Origin: Lachnospiraceae bacterium
GTDB lineage: Bacteria > Bacillota > Clostridia > Lachnospirales > Lachnospiraceae
DNA length: 64,000 bases
Direction of reading: 5' to 3'
Assembly (NCBI GenBank): GCA_017416465.1
Contig: JAFQCK010000073.1
Span: forward strand, 38,398-102,397
The stretch's first letter is position 1. Each line of letters begins with the position of its first letter. Made by a program: the position numbers and the translations under genes. A model generated the notes under the pieces. That model was given only the letters and a program-made list of their open reading frames with translations. It was not told where the DNA came from and did not search any database. Of this stretch, positions 9,224 through 20,647 are shown piece by piece.

Positions 9224-9735
9224 TTTTCAGGTTCTCCATACTCTTCACCTAATGTATCAACTGTAACTTTCTTCATAACAACCTCTTCCATTGGTCTGTC
9301 CATCCAGTCAGTAGGCAGTTCAGCAATTTCTTCAACTGTTTCAAATCCTTCAATAACCTTTCCAAAAGCTGCATACTGTCCATCAAGATGAGGTGAAGTT
9401 TTATGCATAATAAAAAACTGCGAACCAGCTGAATTAGGATTATTAGCTCTTGCCATAGAAAGAACTCCTTCTATATGTTTTAAATCATTTTTAAAACCAT
9501 TGCCTGAAAATTCTCCTTTAATAGAATATCCCGGGCCGCCTGTTCCATTTCCATCAGGACACCCTCCCTGAATCATAAATCCTCTAATCACTCTATGAAA
9601 AATTAATCCATCATAATATCCTTTACTTACAAGACTAACAAAATTCTTTACTGTGTTCGGCGCAATTTCAGGATAAAGCTCTGCCTTAATTACCTTTCCG
9701 TTTTCTAATTCAAAAGTCACTATTGGTTTACTCAT
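9217..9735 (-). CDS. Cyclophilin-type peptidyl-prolyl cis-trans isomerase
   Basis: FHRVIRGFMIQGG, LSMARA and AGSQFFI motifs. Start moved to ATG 9735 (GGAGG RBS). Confidence 0.93.
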   Translation of the reverse strand: MSKPIVTFELENGKVIKAELYPEIAPNTVKNFVSLVSKGYYDGLIFHRVIRGFMIQGGCPDGNGTGGPGYSIKGEFSGNGFKNDLKHIEGVLSMARANNPNSAGSQFFIMHKTSPHLDGQYAAFGKVIEGFETVEEIAELPTDWMDRPMEEVVMKKVTVDTLGEEYGEPEKC

Positions 9736-10073
9736 AGTATTCCTCCGTTTTAATTTTATTTTATAAATCTTTACCATTATACCAAAACATAACCATATGG
9801 TCAAAAAGATTATAACGTTTACAATTTGTTCATAATTTATTTTATTAATTTTAATATTATCCACATTTTTTATTAATTATTGTACATTAATATATGTAGT
9901 ATAAAGTGATTTTCTTTTTTACATTTTTTTCATATTACTCCCCTTTTGTTTCATAAATAAAAACGATGTAGGCACCGTAATGGTTACATCGTTTTTTTTG
10001 CATTTAAATACCTTAATCATATAAAAAAAAGTGTGTCAAATAAACTACTCATTCGACACACTTTAATATTTAA

Positions 10074-12191
10074 TTAAACTTCAAAAATTAAGTCTCCATA
10101 CGATGGCATAGGCCATAAATCTTTATCTACTATCATTTCTAATTTGTCAACCGGCGTTCTTAAATTATCCATTGCAACCTTAACATGTGTATTAAAATAT
10201 TCTGCCTGTTCTTTTCCTATCTGCTTCTTACTTGCTTCTTCTGTCACTTCAACTAACTTTGCAAGTGCAGTTTTTGTTTCAACCAACAAGTTACTTGTTT
10301 CTTTAAGAAGGTCAGTCTGAACTTCCGTATCAGCTTCAGGGCAAGCCATTTTAACAGCATTGATTGAATTAGATAACTGTGTCGTAGCCTTTATTACAGC
10401 CGGAATAATTTGCTTAGTAGCTATATCATACATCGCTCTTGCTTCAATATTTATAGCCTTAGAATATGCCTCATACTGAACCTCTGCTCGTGATTCTAAC
10501 TCAGCCTTCGTAAATACACCAAATTTTTCAAACAAAGTTATTGATTTTTCTGTAGTTAATGCCGGAATTGCATCAACCATCGTCTTAAAGTTAGGAAGTC
10601 CTCTTCTTTCAGCCTCTACTACCCATTCTTCAGCATATCCATCACCATTAAATATAATTCTTTCATGCTCTATTGCAAGTTTCTTAATCATATTATGGAC
10701 TGCTTCATCAAAATTCTCTGCCTTTTCAAGTTCATCTGCTATATCACAAAACGCTTCAGCTACAATTGTATTAAGCACAACATTAGGACTTGCAACTGAA
10801 TCTGACGAGCCTACCATTCTAAACTCAAACTTATTTCCGGTAAAAGCAAATGGTGAAGTTCTGTTTCTATCTGTAGCGTCTTTTCTTAGTGCCGGAAGTG
10901 TACTAACACCGGTCTTCAATCTTCCTGCTTTAATACTACTTGTTGCGTCTCCCGTATTAATAAGCTGGTCAACTACGTCTGTAATCTGGTCTCCCAAAAA
11001 CATAGAAATAATTGCAGGTGGTGCTTCATTAGCTCCCAATCTGTGGTCATTACCAGGATTGGCAGCAGACTCCCTAAGCAAATCTGCATGTGTATCAACA
11101 GCTTTCATTATAGCTGTAAGAACAAGTAAAAACATCTTATTATCATGAGGTGTCTTACCGGGATTTAACATATTAATTCCATCATCCGTCGTAAGCGACC
11201 AGTTATCATGCTTACCGGAACCATTCACTCCCTTAAATGGTTTCTCATGAAGAAGACAAACCATTCCATGACGACTCGCAACTTTTTTCATAGTTTCCAT
11301 CGTAATCTGATTATGGTCAACAGCAATATTAGCTTGTGCATAAATTGGTGCAAGCTCATGCTGTGCAGGTGCTGCCTCGTTATGCTGAGTCTTGGCAGAA
11401 ACTCCAAGTTTCCACAATTCCTCATTCAAATCCTTCATATACGCACCAATTCTTTCACGAATACCACCAAAATAATGATCATCTAATTCCTGACCTTTAG
11501 GTGGCATTGCACCAAACAATGTTCTTCCTGTAAAAATAAGGTCTTTTCTCTTTAAATATTTAGCTCTGTCCACAAGAAAATATTCCTGTTCAGCCCCAAC
11601 TGATGGAATTACTTTTTTAGATGTCGTATTTCCAAATAACCTAAGTATTCTAAGTGCCTGTGTATTAATTGCCTCCATAGAACGAAGAAGAGGAGTCTTT
11701 TTATCTAACGCTTCACCTGTATACGAGCAAAACGCTGTTGGTATACAAAGTATAGCTCCTACCGCATCTCTTTTAACAAATGCAGGTGATGTACAATCCC
11801 AAACTGTATATCCTCTTGCTTCAAATGTTGCTCTAAGTCCTCCTGATGGAAACGATGATGCATCCGATTCACCTTTAATCAATTCTTTTCCGGAAAATTC
11901 CATTAATACTTTTCCATTTTCCTTTGGTGCCGAAATAAAAGAATCGTGTTTTTCAGCTGTAACTCCTGTTAATGGCTGAAACCAATGTGTATAATGAGTT
12001 GCGCCCTTTTCAATCGCCCAATCCTTCATAGCATTTGCTACTACATCTGCAACTACGCTATCAAGTTGTGCACCTTCATCAATAGTCTTTCTTAATTCCT
12101 CATATACTTTCTTAGGAAGTCTCTCCTTCATCACAGTATCTGTAAATACATCTTCTGCAAAAATTGCCGAAACATTCAAAGCTTCACTCAT
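10074..12191 (-). CDS. glnA: Glutamine synthetase type III
   Basis: 705 aa; [35 protein letters not shown] and [18 protein letters not shown] motifs. Confidence 0.95.
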   Translation of the reverse strand: MSEALNVSAIFAEDVFTDTVMKERLPKKVYEELRKTIDEGAQLDSVVADVVANAMKDWAIEKGATHYTHWFQPLTGVTAEKHDSFISAPKENGKVLMEFSGKELIKGESDASSFPSGGLRATFEARGYTVWDCTSPAFVKRDAVGAILCIPTAFCSYTGEALDKKTPLLRSMEAINTQALRILRLFGNTTSKKVIPSVGAEQEYFLVDRAKYLKRKDLIFTGRTLFGAMPPKGQELDDHYFGGIRERIGAYMKDLNEELWKLGVSAKTQHNEAAPAQHELAPIYAQANIAVDHNQITMETMKKVASRHGMVCLLHEKPFKGVNGSGKHDNWSLTTDDGINMLNPGKTPHDNKMFLLVLTAIMKAVDTHADLLRESAANPGNDHRLGANEAPPAIISMFLGDQITDVVDQLINTGDATSSIKAGRLKTGVSTLPALRKDATDRNRTSPFAFTGNKFEFRMVGSSDSVASPNVVLNTIVAEAFCDIADELEKAENFDEAVHNMIKKLAIEHERIIFNGDGYAEEWVVEAERRGLPNFKTMVDAIPALTTEKSITLFEKFGVFTKAELESRAEVQYEAYSKAINIEARAMYDIATKQIIPAVIKATTQLSNSINAVKMACPEADTEVQTDLLKETSNLLVETKTALAKLVEVTEEASKKQIGKEQAEYFNTHVKVAMDNLRTPVDKLEMIVDKDLWPMPSYGDLIFEV

Positions 12192-12241
12192 CAGTCTATT
12201 TTCCTTTCAATTTATGTCATATTATATTATATGAAATTATA

Positions 12242-12383
12242 TAAATGTTCAGAGCCAAGCTCGAAAACACTACGTGTTTCCTCGCTGTGGCGTATCCGCC
12301 AAATAGATTTGAATTAAAAAGTATTTATGAATGCAAGCATTCAACATAATTTTTATCCAAATCTGCTTAACTCTGAACATTTA
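12242..12383. repeat. Palindromic REP/MITE-like element, family A (long form)
   Basis: 13-bp terminal inverted repeats taaatgttcagag / ctctgaacattta. 12247-12293 matches the reverse complement of 16512-16558 at 45/47. Confidence 0.7.
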
Positions 12384-12388
12384 CCATA

Positions 12389-13273
12389 TTATGCTAACTT
12401 TTCTCTTCGTACCATCTGAACAATATATCTTTTGGTATCATTACCTCTTGTACAAGTTGAAAGAGTAATTATCTTATCATCTTTTGTAAGATTATCTATT
12501 CCTGTATCATATTCCCTTTTAGCCATAGAAATTTTAATATAATTTTCAAACTCTTCATCCGTTGTAAAATTATACGAGTATGTATCACCTATTTCATCAG
12601 TTTCATAAGTGGCGAAAACATAATATCTGTATCCCGTATCGCCTATGTATATATCAAATGTAGGATGCTCTTTAAAATATGATTTATTAGAATATTTTAT
12701 CAAAGAACCAAACATTGAATTATTGAGCATATTATGACCATAAATAATACAATTATCGGATTCCATTCCATCTGTAATTCTATAATCAACAAATATCGCA
12801 CCGGCTTTATTTTCTTTGTGCGCTGCATTATGTGTAAGATAATAATCATTATCTGTACCGGCAACAATAGGATAGCTTATTATATTCCCTTGCTTAATCC
12901 AACCTACTGCATCTGTATTCATATTTTTGAGTGCCTCAAAATCGTACTTCCATGCAACCTGATCTTTAGAATTAACTATCTTATTACCATTTATGTCAGT
13001 AGCCTGTTCTCCTCCCTCAATATTAGGTATCTCAAACATATCCTCCATATTTTCATACGCATCATCTCCATCTTCATAATCAAGATAAATATTAGTAAGC
13101 TCATATGAAGAATATGTGAACAAACATAAGGCTGCAATTATAATAACCTTTCTTATCGCCTCAATTATATAATACCTTGGCGAATGACTTTTTATCTTCT
13201 TTATTATACGATTAAAAAACTCTATAGATTTGATTTTTTCTACAATCTTTTCTTTTATACCTGAAAAACTCAT
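12389..13273 (-). CDS. srtB: Class B sortase
   Basis: N-terminal TM segment; NDYYL, GAIFVD, IIYGHNM and ITLSTC motifs. Confidence 0.9.
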   Translation of the reverse strand: MSFSGIKEKIVEKIKSIEFFNRIIKKIKSHSPRYYIIEAIRKVIIIAALCLFTYSSYELTNIYLDYEDGDDAYENMEDMFEIPNIEGGEQATDINGNKIVNSKDQVAWKYDFEALKNMNTDAVGWIKQGNIISYPIVAGTDNDYYLTHNAAHKENKAGAIFVDYRITDGMESDNCIIYGHNMLNNSMFGSLIKYSNKSYFKEHPTFDIYIGDTGYRYYVFATYETDEIGDTYSYNFTTDEEFENYIKISMAKREYDTGIDNLTKDDKIITLSTCTRGNDTKRYIVQMVRREKLA

Positions 13274-13531
13274 TTCATCAATCCCTTGCGTCTATATTAA
13301 TGTTTTCAAAATTACACTTTTACTATTATAAATAAAGATATGCAATTTATCAAGTTTAAGAATATGAATATTTCGTAAATCTTTCATCTCTTTTTTAATT
13401 TAAATTTAGCATTATTGTAAAATTTTTAAAAATCTGCTATATTAATAAACGGCTTTTGCCATACAATCTTAGTTCTAAAGAACTATTCACTAGAATTAAT
13501 TTTATAAGGAAGGATTTAATTGGTAATTTAA

Positions 13532-15673
13532 ATGAATAATAATATTTATGCAATTTTAGCAGATGAGTTAGGAATAAAGCTTTCTCAAGTCGAAGCAACT
13601 GTCAACTTAATTGACGAAGGAAATACAATTCCCTTTATCGCAAGATACAGAAAAGAAGTTACAGGCTCTCTTAACGACGAAATACTTCGAAAACTTGATG
13701 AAAGATTAACATACTTAAGAAACCTTGAGGCAAGAAAAGAACAAATTATATCAAGTATTGAGGAACAAGGAAAACTTACTGATGAATTAAAAGAAAAGAT
13801 TTTATCAGCTACAACTTTAGTATCTGTTGAAGATTTATATCTTCCATACAAACCAAAAAAACGTACAAGAGCAACGATAGCTAAAGAAAAAGGACTTGAA
13901 CCTTTAGCAAACCTCATAATTGCAGAAACATTTACATCAGAAGATGCAAACCAATATATTAATCCTGAAAAAGATGTGAATGATGAAAAAGATGCTATAA
14001 ATGGAGCTAGTGATATTATTGCAGAATTTATTTCTGATAATGCTACTTATCGTGCTTATATCAGAAAATATGTTTTTAACAACGGAAATCTTGTATCAAC
14101 CGCAAAAGATAAAGAAGCTGAATCCGTCTACGAAATGTATTATGAATTTGAGGAACCTGTTAAAAAGATTGCAGGTCACAGAATTTTAGCAATTAATCGC
14201 GGTGAAAAAGAAAAGGTATTGTCAGTTAAAGTTTCAGTTGATGAAACCGGAATAATAAACTATCTGGAAAAAAATATGATAAAGAAAGATAGTTCAGAGA
14301 GTACGGAAATTCTTAAAAATGCTATAGCAGATAGCTATAAACGTCTTATTTTTCCTGCAATTGAAAGAGATATCAGAAATGAACTCACTGAAAAAGCTGA
14401 AGACGGTGCCATTAATGTATTTGGTAAAAATCTTTGTCAGCTTCTTATGCAACCTCCAATCGCCGGACAGACAGTTCTTGGATGGGACCCTGCTTTTAGA
14501 ACAGGTTGTAAGCTTGCAGTAGTTGACCCAACCGGAAAAGTACTTGATACTACAGTAATTTTCCCAACTGCTCCACAAAACAAGATTGAAGAATCAAAGA
14601 AAATTGTTCAAAAATTAATTGATAAATACAACATCACACTTATTTCTCTTGGAAATGGTACAGCTTCAAGAGAATCAGAGATGGTAATCGTTGATATCAT
14701 CAAAGAAGCTTCTCACAAAGTTTCTTATGTAATTGTAAATGAAGCCGGTGCTTCAGTTTATTCGGCAAGTAAACTTGCCACAGAAGAATTTCCAAACTTT
14801 GATGTTGGACAACGTAGTTCTGCTTCAATTGCAAGAAGAATTCAGGACCCACTTGCAGAGCTTGTAAAGATTGACCCTAAATCAATCGGTGTTGGTCAGT
14901 ATCAGCATGATATGAACCAAAAGAAATTATCAGAAACTCTTACAGGTGTTGTCGAAGACTGTGTTAATAAAGTCGGTGTTGATTTAAATACCGCTTCTGC
15001 AAGTCTTCTTGAATACATTTCAGGAATTTCTTCAGCTATTGCTAAGAATATTGTTAAATACAGAGAAGAAAATGGAAGATTTACTGACAGAAAGCAACTT
15101 CTTAAAGTTGACAAATTAGGACCTAAAGCATTTTTACAATGTGCAGGATTTATGAGAATTTCTGAAGGAAAAAATCCTTTAGATGCTACAAGTGTTCATC
15201 CTGAATCATATGAAGCAGTTATTAAACTTTTAGATAGCTTAAACCTTAAACTTGATGAAAGTAACGGAGGTAAACTTACAGGTATAAGCCTTATGATTAA
15301 GGATTACAAAAAGACTGCAGAAGAACTTGAAATCGGTGAAATCACTTTAAGAGATATCGTAAGTGAGCTTGAAAAGCCTGCTCGTGACCCAAGAGATGAG
15401 ATGCCTAAACCTATTTTAAAAACAGATGTACTTGAAATGAAAGATTTAGCACCGGGAATGATTCTTAAAGGAACTGTTAGAAACGTAATCGACTTTGGAA
15501 TATTTGTAGACATAGGAGTACATCAAGACGGACTTGTTCATATCTCGCAGATTACTGACAGATATATTAAACATCCACTTGATGCAGTTAGTGTTGGTGA
15601 TATAGTGGATGTTCAGGTTATGAGTGTAGACGTTGCAAAAAAACGTATACAGCTTACAATGAAAATAAAATAA
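13532..15673 (+). CDS. tex: Tex family RNA-binding transcriptional accessory protein
   Basis: TIPFIARYRKE, DPAFRTGCK, EAGASVYSAS and IGVGQYQHD motifs; C-terminal S1 domain. Confidence 0.95.
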   Translation: MNNNIYAILADELGIKLSQVEATVNLIDEGNTIPFIARYRKEVTGSLNDEILRKLDERLTYLRNLEARKEQIISSIEEQGKLTDELKEKILSATTLVSVEDLYLPYKPKKRTRATIAKEKGLEPLANLIIAETFTSEDANQYINPEKDVNDEKDAINGASDIIAEFISDNATYRAYIRKYVFNNGNLVSTAKDKEAESVYEMYYEFEEPVKKIAGHRILAINRGEKEKVLSVKVSVDETGIINYLEKNMIKKDSSESTEILKNAIADSYKRLIFPAIERDIRNELTEKAEDGAINVFGKNLCQLLMQPPIAGQTVLGWDPAFRTGCKLAVVDPTGKVLDTTVIFPTAPQNKIEESKKIVQKLIDKYNITLISLGNGTASRESEMVIVDIIKEASHKVSYVIVNEAGASVYSASKLATEEFPNFDVGQRSSASIARRIQDPLAELVKIDPKSIGVGQYQHDMNQKKLSETLTGVVEDCVNKVGVDLNTASASLLEYISGISSAIAKNIVKYREENGRFTDRKQLLKVDKLGPKAFLQCAGFMRISEGKNPLDATSVHPESYEAVIKLLDSLNLKLDESNGGKLTGISLMIKDYKKTAEELEIGEITLRDIVSELEKPARDPRDEMPKPILKTDVLEMKDLAPGMILKGTVRNVIDFGIFVDIGVHQDGLVHISQITDRYIKHPLDAVSVGDIVDVQVMSVDVAKKRIQLTMKIK

Positions 15674-15825
15674 ATTGTTAATAGTAATAAATCACATAGA
15701 TTTTTCGAACCACATTTTCTGCGATAAACATTATATATTCTACGATGTAAATATGCGTTGCTTGTAGCAACGCATATATTTTTATACAATATTGGTATCA
15801 AACTATAGAACGGAGGTGAAACCGA

Positions 15826-16335
15826 TTGTTAAACGAAAATATAAGAACAATAAGAAAATCAAAAGGACTTTCACAAGAAGAACTTGCTATCAAAGTTAAT
15901 GTAGTGCGACAAACTATTTCTAAGTGGGAACAAGGTTTATCCGTACCCGATGCTGATATGCTAATTTCCTTATCAGAGGCACTTGAAACACCAGTAAACA
16001 TTCTACTTGGAGAAACTATTGCCAAAGCAAGTACTGATGATATGAAAGCCATTTCAGAAAAATTAGAAATTATTAATCTACAACTTGCACAAAACAAAGC
16101 TACAAGAAGAAAAATCCTTCATTGGCTTTTTATCTCCTTATGTACAATTACCTTATTAACTTTTGTTATCTTAGCTATATTAGGTAGTCCTTACTTAGAT
16201 TGGGATTATAGCGATCCTGAATGGGCTGTCGTTGGCGTTATATTTCACGCTTTCGAATGGTTTTTTATTAGATTATCACCATTTGTCCTTATTAGCTCTG
16301 TTATCGGAATTTGCTTAACACGAAAAAAATCGTAA
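15826..16335 (+). CDS. XRE-family HTH regulator with C-terminal TM helices
   Basis: RKSKGLSQEELA...VVRQTISKWEQG; GGAGG RBS before a TTG start. Confidence 0.88.
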   Translation: MLNENIRTIRKSKGLSQEELAIKVNVVRQTISKWEQGLSVPDADMLISLSEALETPVNILLGETIAKASTDDMKAISEKLEIINLQLAQNKATRRKILHWLFISLCTITLLTFVILAILGSPYLDWDYSDPEWAVVGVIFHAFEWFFIRLSPFVLISSVIGICLTRKKS

Positions 16336-16339
16336 AATC

Positions 16340-16374
16340 AGACCACTTATTGAAATCTCAATAGGTGGTCTTTA
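16340..16374 (+). terminator. Intrinsic terminator
   Basis: Inverted repeat agaccacttattga / tcaataggtggtct followed by T residues. Confidence 0.6.
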
Positions 16375-16501
16375 GTCATAAGATATAATTTATATTCCTA
16401 ATTTTTATATAAATATTTTACCTCTTACCCTCGATTTTTGACTTCTTAGCTTTAAAGTATTTACTTTCAAAAAATATTTTTTTATAATCCTTACATACAG
16501 T

Positions 16502-16564
16502 GTAACAGTTCACGCCACAACGAGGAAACACATAGTGTTTTCGAGCTTGGCTCTGAACAGTCAC
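16502..16564. repeat. Palindromic REP-like element, family A (short form)
   Basis: Inverted copy of 12247-12293 (45/47); imperfect ends gtaacagttca / tgaacagtcac. Confidence 0.7.
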
Positions 16565-16595
16565 CATAAAGTTTAAGGAGTTAAGTAAATCTAAT

Positions 16596-17057
16596 ATGAA
16601 AATACGAATAGAAATTGACGATAGCTTAACAGATGAAGAAATTGTCATTAGATGTCGTAATTTAAATGAAGATATCGTTTCCATCCAAAAAAGTATTACA
16701 GATGCAATAGGAACCGGCTTCCAGCTCCATGTATTCAAAGGAGAAAAAGCATATTTTCTTAATATAGATAAAATTATTTTCTTTGAAACAGATGGTTCAT
16801 TTATTATGGCACATACATCAAATGACATTTATGAAACCAGACTTCGCTTATATGAATTAGAAGAAATTCTACCAGGATTTTTTATGAGAGTTTCTAAATC
16901 TACTATTTTAAATATTAATTATATTCATAGCATTAGAAAAAATATTACCGGGGCCAGTGAAGTCGAGTTTACCTGCACAAAGAAACAGGCATTTGTATCC
17001 AGAAGCTACATTAAACAACTAATGAGCAAATTAGAAGAAAAGAGGTTAAAACGATGA
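16596..17057 (+). CDS. LytTR-family DNA-binding regulator (no receiver domain)
   Basis: IIFFET, LYELEEILP and FMRVSKSTILN motifs. Confidence 0.88.
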   Translation: MKIRIEIDDSLTDEEIVIRCRNLNEDIVSIQKSITDAIGTGFQLHVFKGEKAYFLNIDKIIFFETDGSFIMAHTSNDIYETRLRLYELEEILPGFFMRVSKSTILNINYIHSIRKNITGASEVEFTCTKKQAFVSRSYIKQLMSKLEEKRLKR

Positions 17058-17752
17058 AAAATAAAAATTTATTTTGGGGTATAACTCTGATACTTATTGC
17101 GGTATGTCTACTTTTAAGTTACACAGATATTATGCCTGATATACCATTTTATAAAATTTTACTTACACTATTTTTTGCATATATGACAATTAAAGGTATC
17201 TTTAACTTAAGCTTTTATGGTTCGTTTATGTCACTTGCTTTCCTAGGATGTTTATATTCAAAAGAGCTTGGAATAACTTCCATAACTCCTTTACCATTGT
17301 TATTTTCAGCATTTTTATGTAGTGCCGGACTTAGCTTGATTTTTAAAAAGACAGAGAAAAAAGAAAAAATTCATTTTTCCGGATTTAATCGTGAACAAAC
17401 TGTTAATTTCAGAGATGATTCTTTTGTAGCTGTTGATAATAATTTTGGTTCAATAAATAAATACGTGAATAGCAACAGTTTTTCTAATGCCAGAATTAAT
17501 AATAGCTTCGGCAAATCAAACATTTACTTTGACAATGCAACTTTACAAACAAACAGAGCTGAAATTCAGATTAATAACAGCTTTGGAGAAGTAAATATTT
17601 ACTTGCCATACACTTGGAAAATAAATTTATCAAAACGAGCTACTATTGGAGATATAAAAGTAAACGGAAGAGGAAGTCTTGCTCCTGATGCTCCTGAAAT
17701 TACAATATTTGCTACAACATCATTTGGAGCAATTAACATTTATTTTAACTAG
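17054..17752 (+). CDS. LiaF-like membrane protein, probable partner of the LytTR regulator
   Basis: Four N-terminal TM segments and repeated NNSFG beta-rich C-terminus; start overlaps the LytTR stop (ATGA). Confidence 0.75.
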   Translation: MKNKNLFWGITLILIAVCLLLSYTDIMPDIPFYKILLTLFFAYMTIKGIFNLSFYGSFMSLAFLGCLYSKELGITSITPLPLLFSAFLCSAGLSLIFKKTEKKEKIHFSGFNREQTVNFRDDSFVAVDNNFGSINKYVNSNSFSNARINNSFGKSNIYFDNATLQTNRAEIQINNSFGEVNIYLPYTWKINLSKRATIGDIKVNGRGSLAPDAPEITIFATTSFGAINIYFN

Positions 17753-17794
17753 ATAAATATACCGTATTAGGTTTCTTTACAATTTTTCTCATAT

Positions 17795-17840
17795 AAAAAG
17801 GAAGTTTATTTAAAAATCGATTCAAATAAACTTCTTTTTT
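17795..17840. terminator. Bidirectional terminator between convergent genes
   Basis: Inverted repeat aaaaaggaagtttattt / aaataaacttctttttt. Confidence 0.6.
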
Positions 17841-17868
17841 TATATTTACTATGAGTTTGTGAAGCAGT

Positions 17869-17950
17869 ATTTAATAGCACTTTTAGCATAACGAATTGCG
17901 ACTTTGTTCGGACAATTTTGGTTGAGAGTATGCCTAAAGTGCTATTAAAT
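17869..17950. repeat. Palindromic element, family B
   Basis: 15-bp inverted repeat atttaatagcacttt / aaagtgctattaaat. The 21-nt core gcataacgaattgcgactttg is present inverted at 39009-39029. Confidence 0.65.
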
Positions 17951-17973
17951 TAGATTCTCATCATTACCTATTA

Positions 17974-19176
17974 TTATTTTTCAAACAAGTGGTCAATTAT
18001 CGTATGACCTTCTGCTATATAAATTCCACTTATCTCTGCACATTTTTCACTATAATCTAAAGTTGATGAAACTTCATTAGTACTGTCGTACAATAAATAT
18101 GGAACCGATTCACTGGAATGTGTTCTTATACAAATTGGTGTTGGATGGTCCGGAAGGACTAACATTCTAAAATCTTCTCCCGAAGCCTTAAGCCCTTCAT
18201 AAATAGTCTTAATAACCTTAGTATCAAGATAACTTATAGCTTTTACTTTTCTTTCAACACTTCCCTGATGTCCCATCTCGTCAGGCGCTTCAACGTGAAC
18301 ATATACAAAATCATAGCCTTCTTTTGTTAAAACATCAATAGCAGCCTGGGCTTTACCTTCATAATTAGTCTCAAGTGTTCCATCTGCACCTTCAACATTA
18401 ATATTTTTCATCTGTGCACCAACTGCAATTCCTTTTAACAAATCAACTGCCGATATCATAGCACCTTTTTTGCCATTCTTTTCTTCAAAAGAATTTACGC
18501 ATGGCTTTGTACCTGCCCCCCAGAACCAAATAGAGTTAGCAGGATTAAGACCTTTTTTAACTCTTTCCACATTAATAGGATGATTTGCAAGAATATCATA
18601 ACTCTTTTTCATCATCTCTTTAAGCTTTGATTCAGTTGGAAGATATTCTCCTATAGTCTTACCTAAGATATCATGGGGTGGTGTAAGAGAAACCACTTCT
18701 CCTTTATCCCAAATTGTAAGATGTCTGTAGCTTGTTCCTACATAATATTTAAATTCATAATTTTCAAGTTCTTTTCTTACTGCTTCTAAAAGCACTGCTG
18801 CATCTTCTGTTGAAATCTCACTTGAACTATGATCAATTATTGTCTTTTCTTCATATGGCTTATCATCATCAGAAACAGTTACAATATTACATCTTATTGC
18901 AACATCAGTTTCTTTCATATCCACTCCAATACTTAATGCTTCAAGTGGAGAACGACCTGTATAATATTTCTTAGGGTCATAACCAAGTACTGATAAATTT
19001 GCTGTATCACTTCCGGGACTCATTCCTTCAGGTATTGTATGTACAAGTCCAACCTCCGAAATCTTTGATAACATATCAAGTGTAGGTGTATCTGCATATT
19101 CAATTGGAGTTTTACCACCTATTTCATCAATAGGTCTGTCAGCCATTCCATCTCCAAGAACTATAACATACTTCAT
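17974..19176 (-). CDS. apgM: Cofactor-independent phosphoglycerate mutase family protein (ApgM type, often in threonine clusters)
   Basis: GDGMAD, PGSDTANLSVLGY, HVEAPDEMGHQG and PDHPTP motifs. Confidence 0.85.
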   Translation of the reverse strand: MKYVIVLGDGMADRPIDEIGGKTPIEYADTPTLDMLSKISEVGLVHTIPEGMSPGSDTANLSVLGYDPKKYYTGRSPLEALSIGVDMKETDVAIRCNIVTVSDDDKPYEEKTIIDHSSSEISTEDAAVLLEAVRKELENYEFKYYVGTSYRHLTIWDKGEVVSLTPPHDILGKTIGEYLPTESKLKEMMKKSYDILANHPINVERVKKGLNPANSIWFWGAGTKPCVNSFEEKNGKKGAMISAVDLLKGIAVGAQMKNINVEGADGTLETNYEGKAQAAIDVLTKEGYDFVYVHVEAPDEMGHQGSVERKVKAISYLDTKVIKTIYEGLKASGEDFRMLVLPDHPTPICIRTHSSESVPYLLYDSTNEVSSTLDYSEKCAEISGIYIAEGHTIIDHLFEK

Positions 19177-19297
19177 TTCTTCTATATCCTTTCTTCATAT
19201 AAATTTCTCTAAATTATATTATATCTTATTTTATTTATTATCTCTTTGAAAATGTCAGGAACTATTACATCCTAAACATTAATAAAGGGATAAAAAT

Positions 19298-19420
19298 ATA
19301 TCTATGTTTATCCAACGGAAGGTATCATGAACCGTCACCACTTAACGAGTTTTTTTTGAGTTTAGTGGTGTTACGGTGAATGCTAAGTGCAAACGTCCTG
19401 ACGTGGATAAACACAGATAT
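19298..19420. repeat. Nested palindromic intergenic element
   Basis: Outer inverted repeat atatctatgtttatcca / tggataaacacagatat; inner stem accgtcaccact / agtggtgttacggt. Confidence 0.55.
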
Positions 19421-19429
19421 TTTTAACCT

Positions 19430-20647
19430 TTAATTCCCCATTCTAATTCTTGTTACGATTCCATCAACCTTTGCAGCTGCTTCCTCATACTTATTTTCAC
19501 TCATTACTTCTGTAATAAATGCAAATTCATCCTTTAATTCATCAAGTGTAATTACTTCTACTTTTCCGAATGCTGATTCTACCTCTGAAAGTTTATCAGC
19601 TACTGTACCATTTACTCTTACAAAGAACTTCTTTTCAGATGTCTTGTAATCTGCAAGTTCAAGTTTCTCATCTGTCCACTCAATTGCAATATTTGTATTA
19701 AGATTCTTAACTGCATCAACAATATCTGACACAACCGCACTTGCTGTTGGAAGCTTTCCTGCTCCACTTCCGTAGAACATAACATCTCCTAATACATTTC
19801 CATTTACTAAGATTCCGTTAAATACACCATTTACGCTAAATAACGGATTATCCCCACTAATCATAACAGGTGCTACTGAAGCATAAATATTCCCATCAAC
19901 TTTTGTTGCTTCACCAAATAATTTCACTGAACAACCGATGCTATTAGCATATTTAAAATCTGTATCTGTAATCTTTGTAATTCCTTCTGTATAAATGTCT
20001 TCAAAATCAACATGCTTACCATAAGCAAGTGATGTAAGAATTGCAATCTTACGACATGCATCAAATCCATCAACGTCAGCAGACGGATTTCTCTCAGCAT
20101 AACCTAAATCCTGTGCTTCCTTAAGCACTGTATCAAAATCTAAACCTTCCTTACACATTTTTGTAAGAATATAGTTAGTTGTACCATTTAAAATACCTGT
20201 GATATGTGTAACATCATCAGCTGTAATACACTGGATAAGTGGTCTGATAATTGGAATACCACCACCTACACTTGCTTCAAAGAAGAAGTTTCTGTTATTC
20301 TTCTTTGCAATTTCAATTAATTCCGGACCATGTTTTGCAACAAGTTCCTTGTTAGATGTACATACACTCTTTCCTTTTTCAAGCGCTGCTTTTACAAACT
20401 GATATGCAGGATTAACTCCACCCATAACCTCGGCAACAATCTCAACCTCAGGGTCATTTAAAATAACATCATAATCATGAACAAGAATATCCATGACAGG
20501 GTCACCCGGAAATTCTCTTAAATCAAGAACATACTTTATATTAATATCTTCTCCTGCTTTCTTATTAACAATATCCTGATTTGTCTTAATTACCTCTACA
20601 ACTCCTGAACCTACTGTACCGTATCCTAATACTGCAATGTTAATCAT
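19430..20647 (-). CDS. hom: Homoserine dehydrogenase
   Basis: LGYGTVGSG, EASVGGGIP, GILNGTTNYIL and GAGKLPTASAV motifs. Confidence 0.95.
   Translation of the reverse strand: MINIAVLGYGTVGSGVVEVIKTNQDIVNKKAGEDINIKYVLDLREFPGDPVMDILVHDYDVILNDPEVEIVAEVMGGVNPAYQFVKAALEKGKSVCTSNKELVAKHGPELIEIAKKNNRNFFFEASVGGGIPIIRPLIQCITADDVTHITGILNGTTNYILTKMCKEGLDFDTVLKEAQDLGYAERNPSADVDGFDACRKIAILTSLAYGKHVDFEDIYTEGITKITDTDFKYANSIGCSVKLFGEATKVDGNIYASVAPVMISGDNPLFSVNGVFNGILVNGNVLGDVMFYGSGAGKLPTASAVVSDIVDAVKNLNTNIAIEWTDEKLELADYKTSEKKFFVRVNGTVADKLSEVESAFGKVEVITLDELKDEFAFITEVMSENKYEEAAAKVDGIVTRIRMGN

Noticed and set aside
16418-16828. 136-aa minus-strand ORF
   Set aside because: Antisense to the LytTR gene and runs through a repeat element.
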